Positions 37,234 to 48,093 of a stretch of DNA of 64,000 nucleotides are shown here, piece by piece. The stretch covers positions 124,001-188,000 of the forward strand of contig CP142737.1 of assembly GCA_036630325.1 (NCBI GenBank), given 5' to 3'. The translations under genes were made by a program, and so were the position numbers. The stretch is from Vairimorpha necatrix. Taxonomy: Eukaryota. The notes beneath the pieces were generated by a model, which saw only the letters and a list, made by a program, of their open reading frames with translations, was not told the origin of the DNA and did no database searches. Numbering within the stretch: position 1 is the first letter of the stretch; the number at the start of each line of letters is the position of its first letter.

Positions 37234-37547
37234 AAAAAAGTTAACATTGACCAACTGGTACTGTGCGATTCTTACTCATTATAAAAAATCATAGCGGCAA
37301 CGCTATGTAGATTAAAACAAACATTATAAGAGATCAACAGATATAAAAGAACAAATAACTTGGAAGTCTTTTTTTGCTACCATCTGCATTTAAACACAGC
37401 CAATTTAAGCATACCATGAATTCTATGTGGACCACGCAAGCAATTAAGCCTTACGTCCCTATGATTTTAAATAGCTTAAATATTCGTCTAAAAAGGACAA
37501 AGTCCACTAAGACTGGTCACACACAAGTTTCATTGAATCAACTTAAC
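37234..37547 (-). ncRNA. Candidate ~310-nt structured ncRNA, possibly RNase P/MRP-like
   Basis: Non-coding, with complementary ends followed by T6. GAAAC-U-UGUGUG / AAUCGCACAGUAC forms a P4-like pairing. A helix closes three hairpins. End blocks are shared with both SINE copies. Confidence 0.55.
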
Positions 37548-37610
37548 CTATAAATCTATATATAAAATATAAATATATATATATTATATTTTGTGTCATA
37601 CTTAGATTAA

Positions 37611-38840
37611 TCATTTATTTTTCTTCATTTCATTGTCAATAAGTTCCATCCTTTCCACTAGCGTAGGGTGACTATGATAAAATGTCGAATACACATAATC
37701 AGGCGACAGATTCCCTTTATTCTCCTTATTAAGCTTTATCAACGCACTAGACAGTTCATTTCCATACCCCTGTCTTACTGCATATATATCAGCCTCTCTC
37801 TCATATTTCCTAGACAAAATATTATTACTCAATCCCAGAGGTATCTCCGTAATATTCAAGAAGTATATCACATAAGATATCTTTATTATCAATGGTTCAT
37901 TTTGATAAAACAAAGTCTTATTAAAGTAATCATTATTGAGTAATTGATTAGTAGACCAGAATAAGAAGAGTTGTTGTATCAAAACACATACTACTAATTT
38001 AAGAGTGTGGCTATTATACCAGTGACCGAATTCATGACACAATACTGCCAATATTTCGTCTTCATTCATTTGATTTCTTAATGTATCGTACAAGACTATT
38101 CTTTTCTCTTTACAAAGGCCTACAAAATACGCATTAGAATGCGATGATCTGGTAGATCAATCCATAATAAGAATCTTGGAAGTTTTAAATCCTATTTTAG
38201 TACAAAGATCTTTTATCTTGTCTTTTAATGATCCATCTTCTAAATTAGTAAATTTATTGAATAATGGCTGGATATAAACAGGGAAAATGACTACTAAACA
38301 GATTTGTGTAATAGACATGAATACCCACAAATAGAACCAGAAAGAATTCAGATAATTACTTATCAAATACAATACTACATGTAAAATGAAGAAGAAGACG
38401 CCATTAAGAATCATAGTACTCTTAAATAAATCCATGAAAAACAAACCCAGAGTCATTTTATTGAACCCATGGGCGTGTTCAATCTGGAAAGTCTGGTAAA
38501 GATTAAAAGGAATATCAAGTAGAGAATTAATATTGTAAACAGCTAAGAAGAACAAGACTTCAGACATGTACAAATTAGAGAAATAAGAATTATAAAAAGA
38601 CTGGTTGAGTCTGTATTTTAAGATGACTAACTCTTTACAAGTCAAGATTAAACATTTAAAAATACTGAAGAAGAGTTTGTCATTATTGTATTTCTGCATT
38701 TGAAGGTATTCCTCGTCAGATGACATGGATTTGGAGATGGCGGATTTTTCTTTGTGTAAGGCGAGTATTTGCCTAAGAGTTAAGTAGATTTGGACGAGGG
38801 AATTAAAAAGAGTAAAAAATATTATTGAGTACTCGATCAT
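37611..38840 (-). pseudogene. STE24: CAAX prenyl protease Ste24 with a single in-frame TGA (38157-59)
   Basis: PLFNKF, MD*STRSSHSNAYF, HEFGH zinc motif, SRKYEREAD, HSHPTLVER. Both ORFs are in the same frame. Confidence 0.85.
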
Positions 38841-38910
38841 AATGGGGTAAAAAAAAGAAAGATTTTAAGCAAAATATCTAAAAGAATTACCATAGTGGAC
38901 AATGTACTAA

Positions 38911-39010
38911 CTTGAAATATTATAAATGAATATCTTAATAGAGCCTGCTCCTACGAATTAATTGAAATATTATAAATGAATATTTTAATAGGGCCTGCTC
39001 CTACGAATTA
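38911..39010. repeat. 50-bp tandem duplication
   Basis: 38911-38960 and 38961-39010 are 47/50 identical. Confidence 0.95.
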
Positions 39011-39138
39011 CACGCATTTGGCAATAGAAATTTGTTTAAAATTTATATTTTATTTTGTTAAATAAATTTTTACAATCTCCACTGTGAAATTATTACAGAA
39101 TAAACATATAGATAATATTTATAAACATCTAGATATTA

Positions 39139-39987
39139 TTAAATATATTTAAATTTATTATTTCCTAATATCTCATTTACTTTCTTGAAAAATTCGTCTT
39201 TTCCTGTTCCCGTTTTACTTGACACTGACACTGTCTCAATTTCATTATAAAACTCCTCAAAATTCAAAGCCAGAGATCCAAGCAGGGGCGTCGTACTCTT
39301 TTCTTCGTCCAAATCTTCTCTAAACTTCTCATAATCTCTAATCCATGTCTCTATCTTCTCTGATTTACTTATATCAGTTTTATTAAATGTACACAATACT
39401 GGTATATTGTACCTACACATAAGACTAATACTATAAATCATATTACTCATAAAAACTGATGTATCCTGTGACATTTCACTGTCTACAACATAAATCATTA
39501 TTACATTCCCGATTTTACTAAAAAAATCTTTAAGTACGTAGCCCGGGGAAGACCAAGTAAAAGACTCAATTTGGCCGGGAGTGTCAATAATAACATATTC
39601 ACTATTAAAAACCATATATTGAGAAATATTAAGTAAAAACAAATTTAAAGATGTAGTGATCGCCCCATTTGGGCCGAGATTGTATTTCTCCATTACGTCG
39701 TAATAATCAATATGGTCTTTAATGTCCAAATTTAAAGGCATTTTACTGTTCACGACTGCGGGATCTAAATTGACAGAAAAAATGTGCTTGTTTAAGCCTG
39801 ACTTTGGGTCGATTTTACATTTGTCACTTGAGATCCAAGAATATAATCTCTGGCAAAAAGTCGTCTTACCAGATCCAGCCATACCTACTACTATAAAAAT
39901 AGTAGGTTGACTAAGTTTAAGATTGGAAATGTCTTGTTCTATATTTTTATTCGGATTTGTAATGTCTTGTTCTACATTTTTATTCAT
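39139..39987 (-). CDS. GPN1: GPN-loop GTPase 1 (Npa3/XAB1)
   Basis: GMAGSGKT, NLDPAV, LGPNG, DTPGQIESFTWS. Confidence 0.93.
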   Translation of the reverse strand: MNKNVEQDITNPNKNIEQDISNLKLSQPTIFIVVGMAGSGKTTFCQRLYSWISSDKCKIDPKSGLNKHIFSVNLDPAVVNSKMPLNLDIKDHIDYYDVMEKYNLGPNGAITTSLNLFLLNISQYMVFNSEYVIIDTPGQIESFTWSSPGYVLKDFFSKIGNVIMIYVVDSEMSQDTSVFMSNMIYSISLMCRYNIPVLCTFNKTDISKSEKIETWIRDYEKFREDLDEEKSTTPLLGSLALNFEEFYNEIETVSVSSKTGTGKDEFFKKVNEILGNNKFKYI

Positions 39988-40016
39988 TTGAAAAGGGTTT
40001 AATTTGCCCTTTTAAA

Positions 40017-40532
40017 ATGATCTGCGAAATAATGCCTATAGAAAATATCCCGTCGGTATATTTACAGACAGAATACTCAATACTCATTTGTAAACTATCA
40101 TACACACAGAAAAATGAATCAGATCCATTTATTAATATCCAGTTTAAAATGAAATCTACTACAGAAGAAAATAATATAGTGAAAAGTGTAATAGAAAAAA
40201 TAATAAAAAATAAATGTTCAGTGACACAAATAAATATAGAATTTGTAGAAATAAAAAAAGGCGTAGACATATTATCAGTCTATATAAACGCATTTGGGGC
40301 AGTAGCGAAACTTGCTAATCTTGATGTTATGGATGATATAATAGCGGGTAGTTTTACAAAAGGCGAGTATCAAGCGTGTGTAACTTATTTAGTAAAAGAG
40401 AAAACAATAATAAATTTGTATTTTAATGGGCCTGTAGACTTAAAAGAAGTGATGAGTGAATGTGAAAAAGAAGCAGAAAAAAATGAAAAATTTTTAAAAT
40501 TAGAATTAAAAAAATTTTATGAAAAAAAATAA
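40017..40532 (+). CDS. Possible reduced RNase PH-like exosome subunit (Rrp46-like)
   Basis: 171-aa ORF with CCC before the ATG and only a weak RNase PH pattern (LSVYINA). Confidence 0.5.
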   Translation: MICEIMPIENIPSVYLQTEYSILICKLSYTQKNESDPFINIQFKMKSTTEENNIVKSVIEKIIKNKCSVTQINIEFVEIKKGVDILSVYINAFGAVAKLANLDVMDDIIAGSFTKGEYQACVTYLVKEKTIINLYFNGPVDLKEVMSECEKEAEKNEKFLKLELKKFYEKK

Positions 40533-40788
40533 ATAAAATTAAATTTATTTGAGACAGTCCTATTGTGTAAAAATGCTTAGTTTTTTCACAATAACACTTT
40601 TTTAGAAAGCAGTGGTGTTTTTTACTTTTAATACATGTATTAGACACATCATATAAAACTGTTTATATTGAGATTTTATATATAAAATGCTAAAAAATTT
40701 TATCCGATTTAAAAAATTTGATTTAAAATTTTATTAGCTCGATATTATAAGTTCAATAAAAAGTATCTAAAACTTAACCAAATAATTT

Positions 40789-42072
40789 TTAATTATATTC
40801 CAGTTTTATTCCCAATTTATTACACATTTCTCTTACTTCCTCATAAAGTGACTCAAAATGTGTCGACTCATCAACTCCCTTCGTAAAATAAATATTCTTC
40901 AAATCTTCTGTCTTATAAACATTCCTTACTTCAATAAACTTCTTCTTAATATTTCCCAATTTTGATAAAACAGGCTCCAATTCTTTCTCAGGATTATCTG
41001 TCTCTTTTACTGTGCTAATTATCGCGACTTTGTAATTATCAGGCGTGGCTTCTTCTTCTTTCCCCAATATCACCATAAACATATCATTTTGTCTTTTATA
41101 CTCAGATTTCAGAAAGATGACTTGAGACGCAGGCGCCTTTTTTGTTATTTCAGATTCGCCTTCTAGTATACAAATACCTCTTATAACTTCATATGAGCTA
41201 CTATGTCTTTGTATATAACTCTGATCTGATATTATTTTATCAGCAGTAAAACACATCTCTTTTTTATCTACTGGTTCTACAACTTTTATAGTGTTAGTAT
41301 TAGTATCAATATCTTTGATCTCGGCTCTTAGCATCACTTCCGCGTTGTGAATGCAGGCATTTCTGACGAAGCCTTGGATAATACCAGAGATACCGTATTT
41401 TGGATAAATATACGGAGACTTTAGAGTACTCTGAAAAGACATTAGAGATTTGACATATAAACATATTTTATCAAATGTCTCTTTAGGATGTCTTTCTAAA
41501 TATTTATCATCCAGATTTAGAGCAATAGCGTGGCCAATAAATTCTTGCACGTCTTTACTCAAGCCGTATTTTTCGAATTCTTCTCTCATCGTATTCTGGA
41601 ATTTGTAAGTTTCCGGGTTGCCTCCGTAGGCTTTGACATCCCAGAAAAATTTCATGACATGGTATTTCTCCCAAAATCCTACTAGTCCCGTCTTAAGTGA
41701 CTGTGACTCATTGCATGGCACACTGTGCAGTTTGTTTTTGTATACGAATGAACCGGGTATATTGACAAATTCTAGTGCTTCGTCAATTTTGTATTTAATC
41801 ATTAATTTTACTACATCAGAATCTGCCAGTAGAAGTTTAGGAGTTAAATCGATACAGAAATCTCTGTCGAATTTTAATAAATCTTTGTCATACGAATTTG
41901 TCCCGAAATAATCTTCTAATTGTTTGTATTGTAAAGTGGCCAGTTCTGCGCCGTACACATCATTTCTGTCTATAATCATGACTGATTTGTTATTATTAGA
42001 AAGAATACTGGCCAAAGTACTTTCTACAAAACCAGAGCCCAAAATTATAAAATCGAAATGTTTAGACTCCAT
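40789..42072 (-). CDS. GDI1: Rab GDP-dissociation inhibitor
   Basis: FDFIILGSG, DRNDVYG, DLTPKLL, SPYIYPKYG, DESTHFES. Likely ATG 42072 after CCC. Confidence 0.93.
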   Translation of the reverse strand: MESKHFDFIILGSGFVESTLASILSNNNKSVMIIDRNDVYGAELATLQYKQLEDYFGTNSYDKDLLKFDRDFCIDLTPKLLLADSDVVKLMIKYKIDEALEFVNIPGSFVYKNKLHSVPCNESQSLKTGLVGFWEKYHVMKFFWDVKAYGGNPETYKFQNTMREEFEKYGLSKDVQEFIGHAIALNLDDKYLERHPKETFDKICLYVKSLMSFQSTLKSPYIYPKYGISGIIQGFVRNACIHNAEVMLRAEIKDIDTNTNTIKVVEPVDKKEMCFTADKIISDQSYIQRHSSSYEVIRGICILEGESEITKKAPASQVIFLKSEYKRQNDMFMVILGKEEEATPDNYKVAIISTVKETDNPEKELEPVLSKLGNIKKKFIEVRNVYKTEDLKNIYFTKGVDESTHFESLYEEVREMCNKLGIKLEYN

Positions 42073-42237
42073 TGTTAGGGGAAAGAGAAAACTATAAATA
42101 TTTACAGTTTCAGAAAAGTAAATAAAAAACAGCAAATTTTTATATTGAAAACTCATTTATTTTAAGTCAATCTTATTTGTCAGTTATGACTTTTAAGGTT
42201 AATCTAAATTGTCAGTTATTAATTAAGTACTTTTAAT

Positions 42238-43404
42238 TTAGTTATCTTCTTCATTTACAATCTTCCCATCATCAGGTCTCGGTCTAATCCAAAATCTCAC
42301 TGTGTTGTCCATAGACCCCGAGGCCAAAGTGTGGCCTACAGGATGCCATTCCATTGACCAAATAGTAAACTCATGTCCATTAGTAACAACTTCCATAGGC
42401 GTCTCATTGAACATTTGCCAATGATAAATTGTACCATCCCCGCATCCACTTACGAAATAATCAGGAATAATGGGATGTATAGCAAGAGAAGTTATTTCTT
42501 TTCTATGATCTTTATGAGAATACGCTTCTTTCATATTTCTAATATCAAAAATCCTGACTACTTGGTCTTTACCACCCGTCAGTAGATAATTACCCGTAAG
42601 AGACCACTTGAGAGCTAAAAGGGTACTCTTATGAGAATGAAGAGTGTATAACTCACTAGCTGCTCTGGGATCCCAAAACTTAATCAAATTATCTTTTCCT
42701 GCGCTGGCTATTAAACTTTTATATTTGTGCCATTGAGCATTTCTGACATCCCAATTGTGTCCAGACAAGACTGACTCGCATCTCGAATCATTAGAATCCC
42801 AGATTTTTATAGTCGAATCATCAGAAGCAGTGCAAAATTTCGAGTCATTAGCTGAAAAGCTTATGTCTCTGATAGGCTCGTCGTGTCCTTGAAAAACTTG
42901 AATATTGTTCATAGACGGGTGCCAATATTTCACGATCCCGAGATTGTCAGCGGAAACTAGAAACTTCCCAGAATGCGACCAACACATTGTACGAATAGAA
43001 GATTCGTGAGCCTGCAAAATAGTCTCGAAATTATACCCGTATCCATTCCATAATGAAAATTCCCCAGTCGCTGTGCCACTCATACACCTTCTTCCATCAG
43101 GCGTCCATCTGACCACGTGGACAGGAGAGCGGACTTTATTCATACTGAGATGTTCAAACTTGGACGTGATCGCATATGAAAGATCATTGTAACACTGGTC
43201 AGGAGATTTTAAATTTATTAACTGATTATTTAATTGATAATTTGGATTTATAGAAATTGAGTCTAAAGATCGTGTTTTCATTTGTAAAATTATTGCAGAG
43301 CTCCAGTCTACGACTTTTCGCTCTTGAAGAACTCGCATACGTTTACCGTCAAATTTGAATTTTGGATTTTCAAATCGAACATTGACAATGTCTTTAATAT
43401 TCAT
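42238..43404 (-). CDS. PFS2: Polyadenylation factor Pfs2/WDR33
   Basis: DGKRMR, WTPDGRR, NFETILQAH, WHPVGH, RFWIRPRP and WD40 repeats. Confidence 0.93.
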   Translation of the reverse strand: MNIKDIVNVRFENPKFKFDGKRMRVLQERKVVDWSSAIILQMKTRSLDSISINPNYQLNNQLINLKSPDQCYNDLSYAITSKFEHLSMNKVRSPVHVVRWTPDGRRCMSGTATGEFSLWNGYGYNFETILQAHESSIRTMCWSHSGKFLVSADNLGIVKYWHPSMNNIQVFQGHDEPIRDISFSANDSKFCTASDDSTIKIWDSNDSRCESVLSGHNWDVRNAQWHKYKSLIASAGKDNLIKFWDPRAASELYTLHSHKSTLLALKWSLTGNYLLTGGKDQVVRIFDIRNMKEAYSHKDHRKEITSLAIHPIIPDYFVSGCGDGTIYHWQMFNETPMEVVTNGHEFTIWSMEWHPVGHTLASGSMDNTVRFWIRPRPDDGKIVNEEDN

Positions 43405-43560
43405 AAGGGTCAAAATCGGATTGTAATTATTTAATTTTCTTTTATAAAAATGTATCTTTGTGAAGAAGAATTTGATGCAGTAGCGTTTTTATTGTATTAA
43501 AATTTTTAATTTTTTTTTTTTTTACAATTTTGCTTTGTCTTTTTTAAAATAAATTTTGTT

Positions 43561-44859
43561 TTAATTTGTTGGGTTGTTTAGGTATTTACTAAGTACTTTC
43601 TTCAATTTATCGTCTTCTTCTTCATATTTGATTTTAGGCTTTCTTAATTTCTCTATCGTTTTTTCTTTTACACTAAAAATATCTTTACCTATCAGAGTAT
43701 GTGGAATTTTATCAAGAAGCATATTAACTTCTCTATCTTGTTTCTGTCTCGTAGTAATAAACGGCGAATCTTCAAACGTGTCATATGTGGGATCTCCCGA
43801 TCCAGGTACAATAATATTACTGACACCTTTACTATGACCAATTGTCAAAATATCTTCGTAATTCTTAAATTGTAAACTAGAAATATTTTTACCAACTTCT
43901 CTGTGTTTTAAATAAGAAACGTCTTTTTTATTGGCAGTGCTCAGATTATTGAAAATGTGTATTTTGTCTCCATACGCGGCGGCCAAAATTGATCTCTGAC
44001 TTAGAGAAGTCGTCGTAAAATTTCCCGCCGATTTTACAGTATTCACTGGTTTGTACAACTTTCTAATGTCCCATACTTTAATACTCGAATCTATACTGGT
44101 CGTGTACATGTAAGTACCAGATCTTTCAATTTCTATATTAGAAATACCTATTTTATGACATAAGACTTTAGTAATCGGATTCTTACAATTTGGTGTCCAA
44201 AGCGAAACTACCCCGTTTTTGTGGCCAGTGTAAACAACAGCCGTAGCTTTGTTTTGCTTTAAAGATTTTATATTTTTATCTTTTATAAAATATGAACTAA
44301 CAAATCTCCCATTAGTAGTGTCTTGATATCTTAAAAATCCATCTGAAGAAGTCGAAACTAACAAAAAATGGTACGGAAGAAATTCTAAATTTTTTACATT
44401 TGAATTTTCCCGAACTGCGTGTACTTCTACACCTTGTTTATTGTAAATAAATACACAATTTGTTTGTGCAAGTGCAATAAAATCTTCATTATGAAGATAC
44501 GTAGAATCAAAAACTGTATCTTCGACATCAGCTTCGAAAAAAAGATTCATTTTGTGTGTATCAAGTGATGAAAAATACCCATTTTTATTGCGAATATTTA
44601 GAAATCTTCCGTCTCTTGTGTATTTACAAAAAATTGGACCATTTTTTATATCCAAACTAAAACACATTTCTTTAACTTTTTGGCTTACATTATTTTTAAT
44701 ATATTGTTGATTTAATTCAGTTGTTTTTATTTTGTCTTGTGTGTCTATAAACCCATTTTCTTCAGCATTTAACATTTCATGTAAAATGGCTTCATTTGCA
44801 GCAGCCTTTGCTAGTTTTTTCTCATTTTTTATTTTTTCGTTGATTAATTTTTTGGACAT
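43561..44859 (-). CDS. UTP7: SSU processome WD40 protein Utp7/WDR46
   Basis: YTRDGR, LEFLPYHFLL, IIVPGSGDPTYD, EVNMLLDKIP (BING4CT-like). Confidence 0.9.
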   Translation of the reverse strand: MSKKLINEKIKNEKKLAKAAANEAILHEMLNAEENGFIDTQDKIKTTELNQQYIKNNVSQKVKEMCFSLDIKNGPIFCKYTRDGRFLNIRNKNGYFSSLDTHKMNLFFEADVEDTVFDSTYLHNEDFIALAQTNCVFIYNKQGVEVHAVRENSNVKNLEFLPYHFLLVSTSSDGFLRYQDTTNGRFVSSYFIKDKNIKSLKQNKATAVVYTGHKNGVVSLWTPNCKNPITKVLCHKIGISNIEIERSGTYMYTTSIDSSIKVWDIRKLYKPVNTVKSAGNFTTTSLSQRSILAAAYGDKIHIFNNLSTANKKDVSYLKHREVGKNISSLQFKNYEDILTIGHSKGVSNIIVPGSGDPTYDTFEDSPFITTRQKQDREVNMLLDKIPHTLIGKDIFSVKEKTIEKLRKPKIKYEEEDDKLKKVLSKYLNNPTN

Positions 44860-44992
44860 TTTTTTAATTTGAGGGTAAAGAATTTAGTATTAATTTTATA
44901 ACGGTCAATATTTAGTTAAATTATTATTATAGAAAAGACTATATGTTTTATACGGAAATATTTAATTTAAGTAAAATTTTATGGTATAAGTT

Positions 44993-45208
44993 TTATTTGA
45001 TGTAAACAAGTTCTACACAATCATTTTGAGTAAATTCATAAGTATTCAAATCTAACATGTCAAGTAATTTTTTATTTTCTTTTCGTAAATAAAATTTTTT
45101 TGTTTTTATTTTTTCAGATATCATTTCGTGAAGTTCTTTGACTGTAATTGAATCATCAACTTTTATATAAAAACTTCCATTGCACAACACTTTGAGATTT
45201 ATAATCAT
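44993..45208 (-). CDS. Small ubiquitin-like protein (71 aa)
   Basis: Ubiquitin-fold pattern (IKVDDSITVKEL...KKLLD...LNTY) without a C-terminal GG. CCCC before the ATG. Confidence 0.7.
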   Translation of the reverse strand: MIINLKVLCNGSFYIKVDDSITVKELHEMISEKIKTKKFYLRKENKKLLDMLDLNTYEFTQNDCVELVYIK

Positions 45209-45245
45209 AAAGGGGTGAGATTGAAAAAAAATTAAAAAAATTTAT

Positions 45246-46199
45246 TTATTCGGTTTTATTGAAAAATGGATGATTTAAACATTCATCAGCAGTGTATCTG
45301 TCAATATGATCATATACAAGTATTTTGTTTAGTAAATCTACTGCCAATTTATAATCCTTACTTTTTACCATCAAAAAATCTTCAAAATCGATTCTGCTAG
45401 AAGGCACTTCGCCCCCATTAAAAATGTCTATGTCATATTTCTGGCTGTAAGTTTCTAAATCTTCCCTTCCTAGACATTTCGCTATTTTTAATAATTGGTC
45501 GTTATTGTCTTCCCCCTTAAATAACGGTCTTTTTTTGTACATCATCTCGGCAAATACACACCCAAAGGACCAAATGTCTAAGGAATAATTATAATAAGGA
45601 TAGTTTAAGAGTAACTCGGGACTTTTATAATATCTCGATGCTACTCTGACACTATAATCTTTATTGGGGTGATAAAATTCTGCTAATCCCCAATCAATTA
45701 ATAATAATTTTTTTTCTTTCTGATTGATGATTATATTGTGAGGTTTAATGTCTCTGTGCATTATCCCCCTAGAGTGTGCGTAACTCAGTGCTTTTAATAT
45801 TTGTCTAGAATAAAATCTAATGTCGTTAATGTCAAAAGTCTCAAAAAGTTTTATTGTGTCATCGTGTTTTATATATTTAAATATAAGTGAATATGTTGAT
45901 GAATCCTTGTCCATTACAACATCCTCAAGTTTGATGATATTGTCATGGTTTAGATTTTTAAGTATTAAAATTTCTCTATTGATTTTAGACTCTCGTACTG
46001 GTTTTAGTAATTTAATGACCACTCTATCATTGTCAGTCCGACCTTCAAATACCTCTGAATATTTGCCTCTGCCTAGTCTAAAAGCTATTTTGTATTTATC
46101 AATATTGCCAGTTTTAATTTTATATTCTTCATAATTATAATATGATTCTGGATTTACTTCATTTACTTCTTTATTTTCTCTTGGTGTGGATTTCAACAT
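45246..46199 (-). CDS. CKA1: Casein kinase II alpha subunit
   Basis: GRGKYSEVFEG, HRDIKPHN, DWGLAEFYHP, VRVASRYYK. Confidence 0.96.
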   Translation of the reverse strand: MLKSTPRENKEVNEVNPESYYNYEEYKIKTGNIDKYKIAFRLGRGKYSEVFEGRTDNDRVVIKLLKPVRESKINREILILKNLNHDNIIKLEDVVMDKDSSTYSLIFKYIKHDDTIKLFETFDINDIRFYSRQILKALSYAHSRGIMHRDIKPHNIIINQKEKKLLLIDWGLAEFYHPNKDYSVRVASRYYKSPELLLNYPYYNYSLDIWSFGCVFAEMMYKKRPLFKGEDNNDQLLKIAKCLGREDLETYSQKYDIDIFNGGEVPSSRIDFEDFLMVKSKDYKLAVDLLNKILVYDHIDRYTADECLNHPFFNKTE

Positions 46200-46325
46200 A
46201 GGAGGGTCATATAAAAAATAAACAATACTGTTAACTCCTTAATTTATAAATTCAATTTACCGTTATTTATTTACTAACTGAAAAAAAAAAAAAATAATTT
46301 TCTTTTAGATTTTTTTCCCACAAAA

Positions 46326-47978
46326 ATGAAAATCAAAGATAAAAGAAACAGAAATAAAATGAAAAATGATCACAAACAGGAAATAAAACAGAAATCAACA
46401 GATATTTATAAGTCAGAACATGGACCATACAAAATTGTAAGCTTTGTTGACTTGGGCGGCGATATGACAAAAATAAAAGAAGAATTTTTAGATAATCAAT
46501 CTACAAATATGTATTACAATAAACAGAAAAAACAAAATTTTATGTTTATTGATACAACTAATTTTTCAGATATTGAGACTTCTTATATAACTAGAACTTC
46601 TGATATTGTAGTGTGTGTAGTCAATACGGGTAAGATATGCGAAAAAACACTTTTATTAGTAAAAAGACATTTGCCGACTTGTTTATTTGTCGTTTTAAAT
46701 AAAAAATTTCTAAATGGATGTAAAAAATTTGTCGCAAAATTTTTACCAGAACAAAAAATTGTCGAACTAAAAAATCTGCTAGATTTTTTGTGTATCTTAA
46801 AAATTAATCCGTCAAAAATATCGTCTCGTCCTTTTATGGTTCCGTTTTCCGTATCTAAAGAAAGCGAAAATCTTTTTACAGTCAAAGGTTTTATGAAAAA
46901 AGGTCCAGTGTCGGATAAAGTAACTATTAATGGCAAATATAATGGAGAAATAGTAGAAATTAAAGGAGATAGGATTTATAAAGGACAAGAATTAGGAATG
47001 TCAGATGAAAATAAAAGTGAATTTGTTACTGTACAAGATTTTCAAGACAATGAAATGGAAATCGAAGATTATGACGAGAGTGATTTTGAGCCCGAGTCAG
47101 AAATCAATGAAGACGAAAATGAAGAAGATTATGAAGATTATTCACAGGAAAAAGAAGAATATCCGTCTTTAATAGACAAATATTCAGAATATAAAGGAAT
47201 TAGAAATATTTCGACATGTGATTTGCCAACTGACAAATATCCTGAATATTATAAAAATTTATTATTTTTTCAAGACTTTAAACATGTGAAAAAAATGATA
47301 ACGAAAAGACAAAGTGTCATTCCTGATAATCAATTTTTAGAAATCGTCATAAGAGTTACAGAAAATATTTCTGATAATATTTTTGTAATGTTTGGTCACT
47401 ATGAATTTGAAGAATTCAATACAGTCCACAATTATTCTTTCCAAGGAGCCGAACTGAAAACTGGCGAGAAGATTTTTGTAGACATGGGTCATAAGATCTT
47501 GGAAGTCACGCCGACGATTACAAAGTCAAATAACCAAAATTTATATAAACGAGAAGAATTACTGGACACGGGCGTAATAACCTTTATAGCTCCCTTGGCT
47601 TTTGATATACACAAAATTTTAGTGTTTTATCATAATCCGCTTAGAGAAATCTCAAGAGAGACATTTTTATTGATGGCAGTCCATTTAGAAATCAAAGATA
47701 GAAAATTGTACGACGAAGTTGTTTTAAAAGGCTTACCTATTAAAATTCATAAAAGATCTTGTACTGTAAAGAGAATGTTCTACAGTAAAGAAGAAGTTTT
47801 ATATTACAAAGATATAAAATTATACACCAAAAATGGAAGATCACATGGATTTATTAAGAAACCTTTGGGAGTGCATGGAGCATTTAAAGCTTATTTCTCG
47901 CATCCTATAGCCTCGAATGATAAAATATTTATGTCTTTATATAAGAGAGCTTTCTTAGAAGATTTTAGCAATAAATAA
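46326..47978 (+). CDS. TSR1: Pre-40S assembly factor Tsr1 (Bms1/Tsr1 family)
   Basis: C-terminal VLKGLP...VKRMFY...GFIKKPLGVHGAFKAYF...MSLYKRAF; no intact P-loop. Confidence 0.85.
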   Translation: MKIKDKRNRNKMKNDHKQEIKQKSTDIYKSEHGPYKIVSFVDLGGDMTKIKEEFLDNQSTNMYYNKQKKQNFMFIDTTNFSDIETSYITRTSDIVVCVVNTGKICEKTLLLVKRHLPTCLFVVLNKKFLNGCKKFVAKFLPEQKIVELKNLLDFLCILKINPSKISSRPFMVPFSVSKESENLFTVKGFMKKGPVSDKVTINGKYNGEIVEIKGDRIYKGQELGMSDENKSEFVTVQDFQDNEMEIEDYDESDFEPESEINEDENEEDYEDYSQEKEEYPSLIDKYSEYKGIRNISTCDLPTDKYPEYYKNLLFFQDFKHVKKMITKRQSVIPDNQFLEIVIRVTENISDNIFVMFGHYEFEEFNTVHNYSFQGAELKTGEKIFVDMGHKILEVTPTITKSNNQNLYKREELLDTGVITFIAPLAFDIHKILVFYHNPLREISRETFLLMAVHLEIKDRKLYDEVVLKGLPIKIHKRSCTVKRMFYSKEEVLYYKDIKLYTKNGRSHGFIKKPLGVHGAFKAYFSHPIASNDKIFMSLYKRAFLEDFSNK

Positions 47979-48093
47979 ATTACATTTTTAAAAAAAGTCA
48001 ACATTTTTATTAGTTGTATCAATATGTTCTCAATTATTTTATATTTAATCGTGCCATATAACTTGAAATAATTTTATACATCGTTTATTTTTA

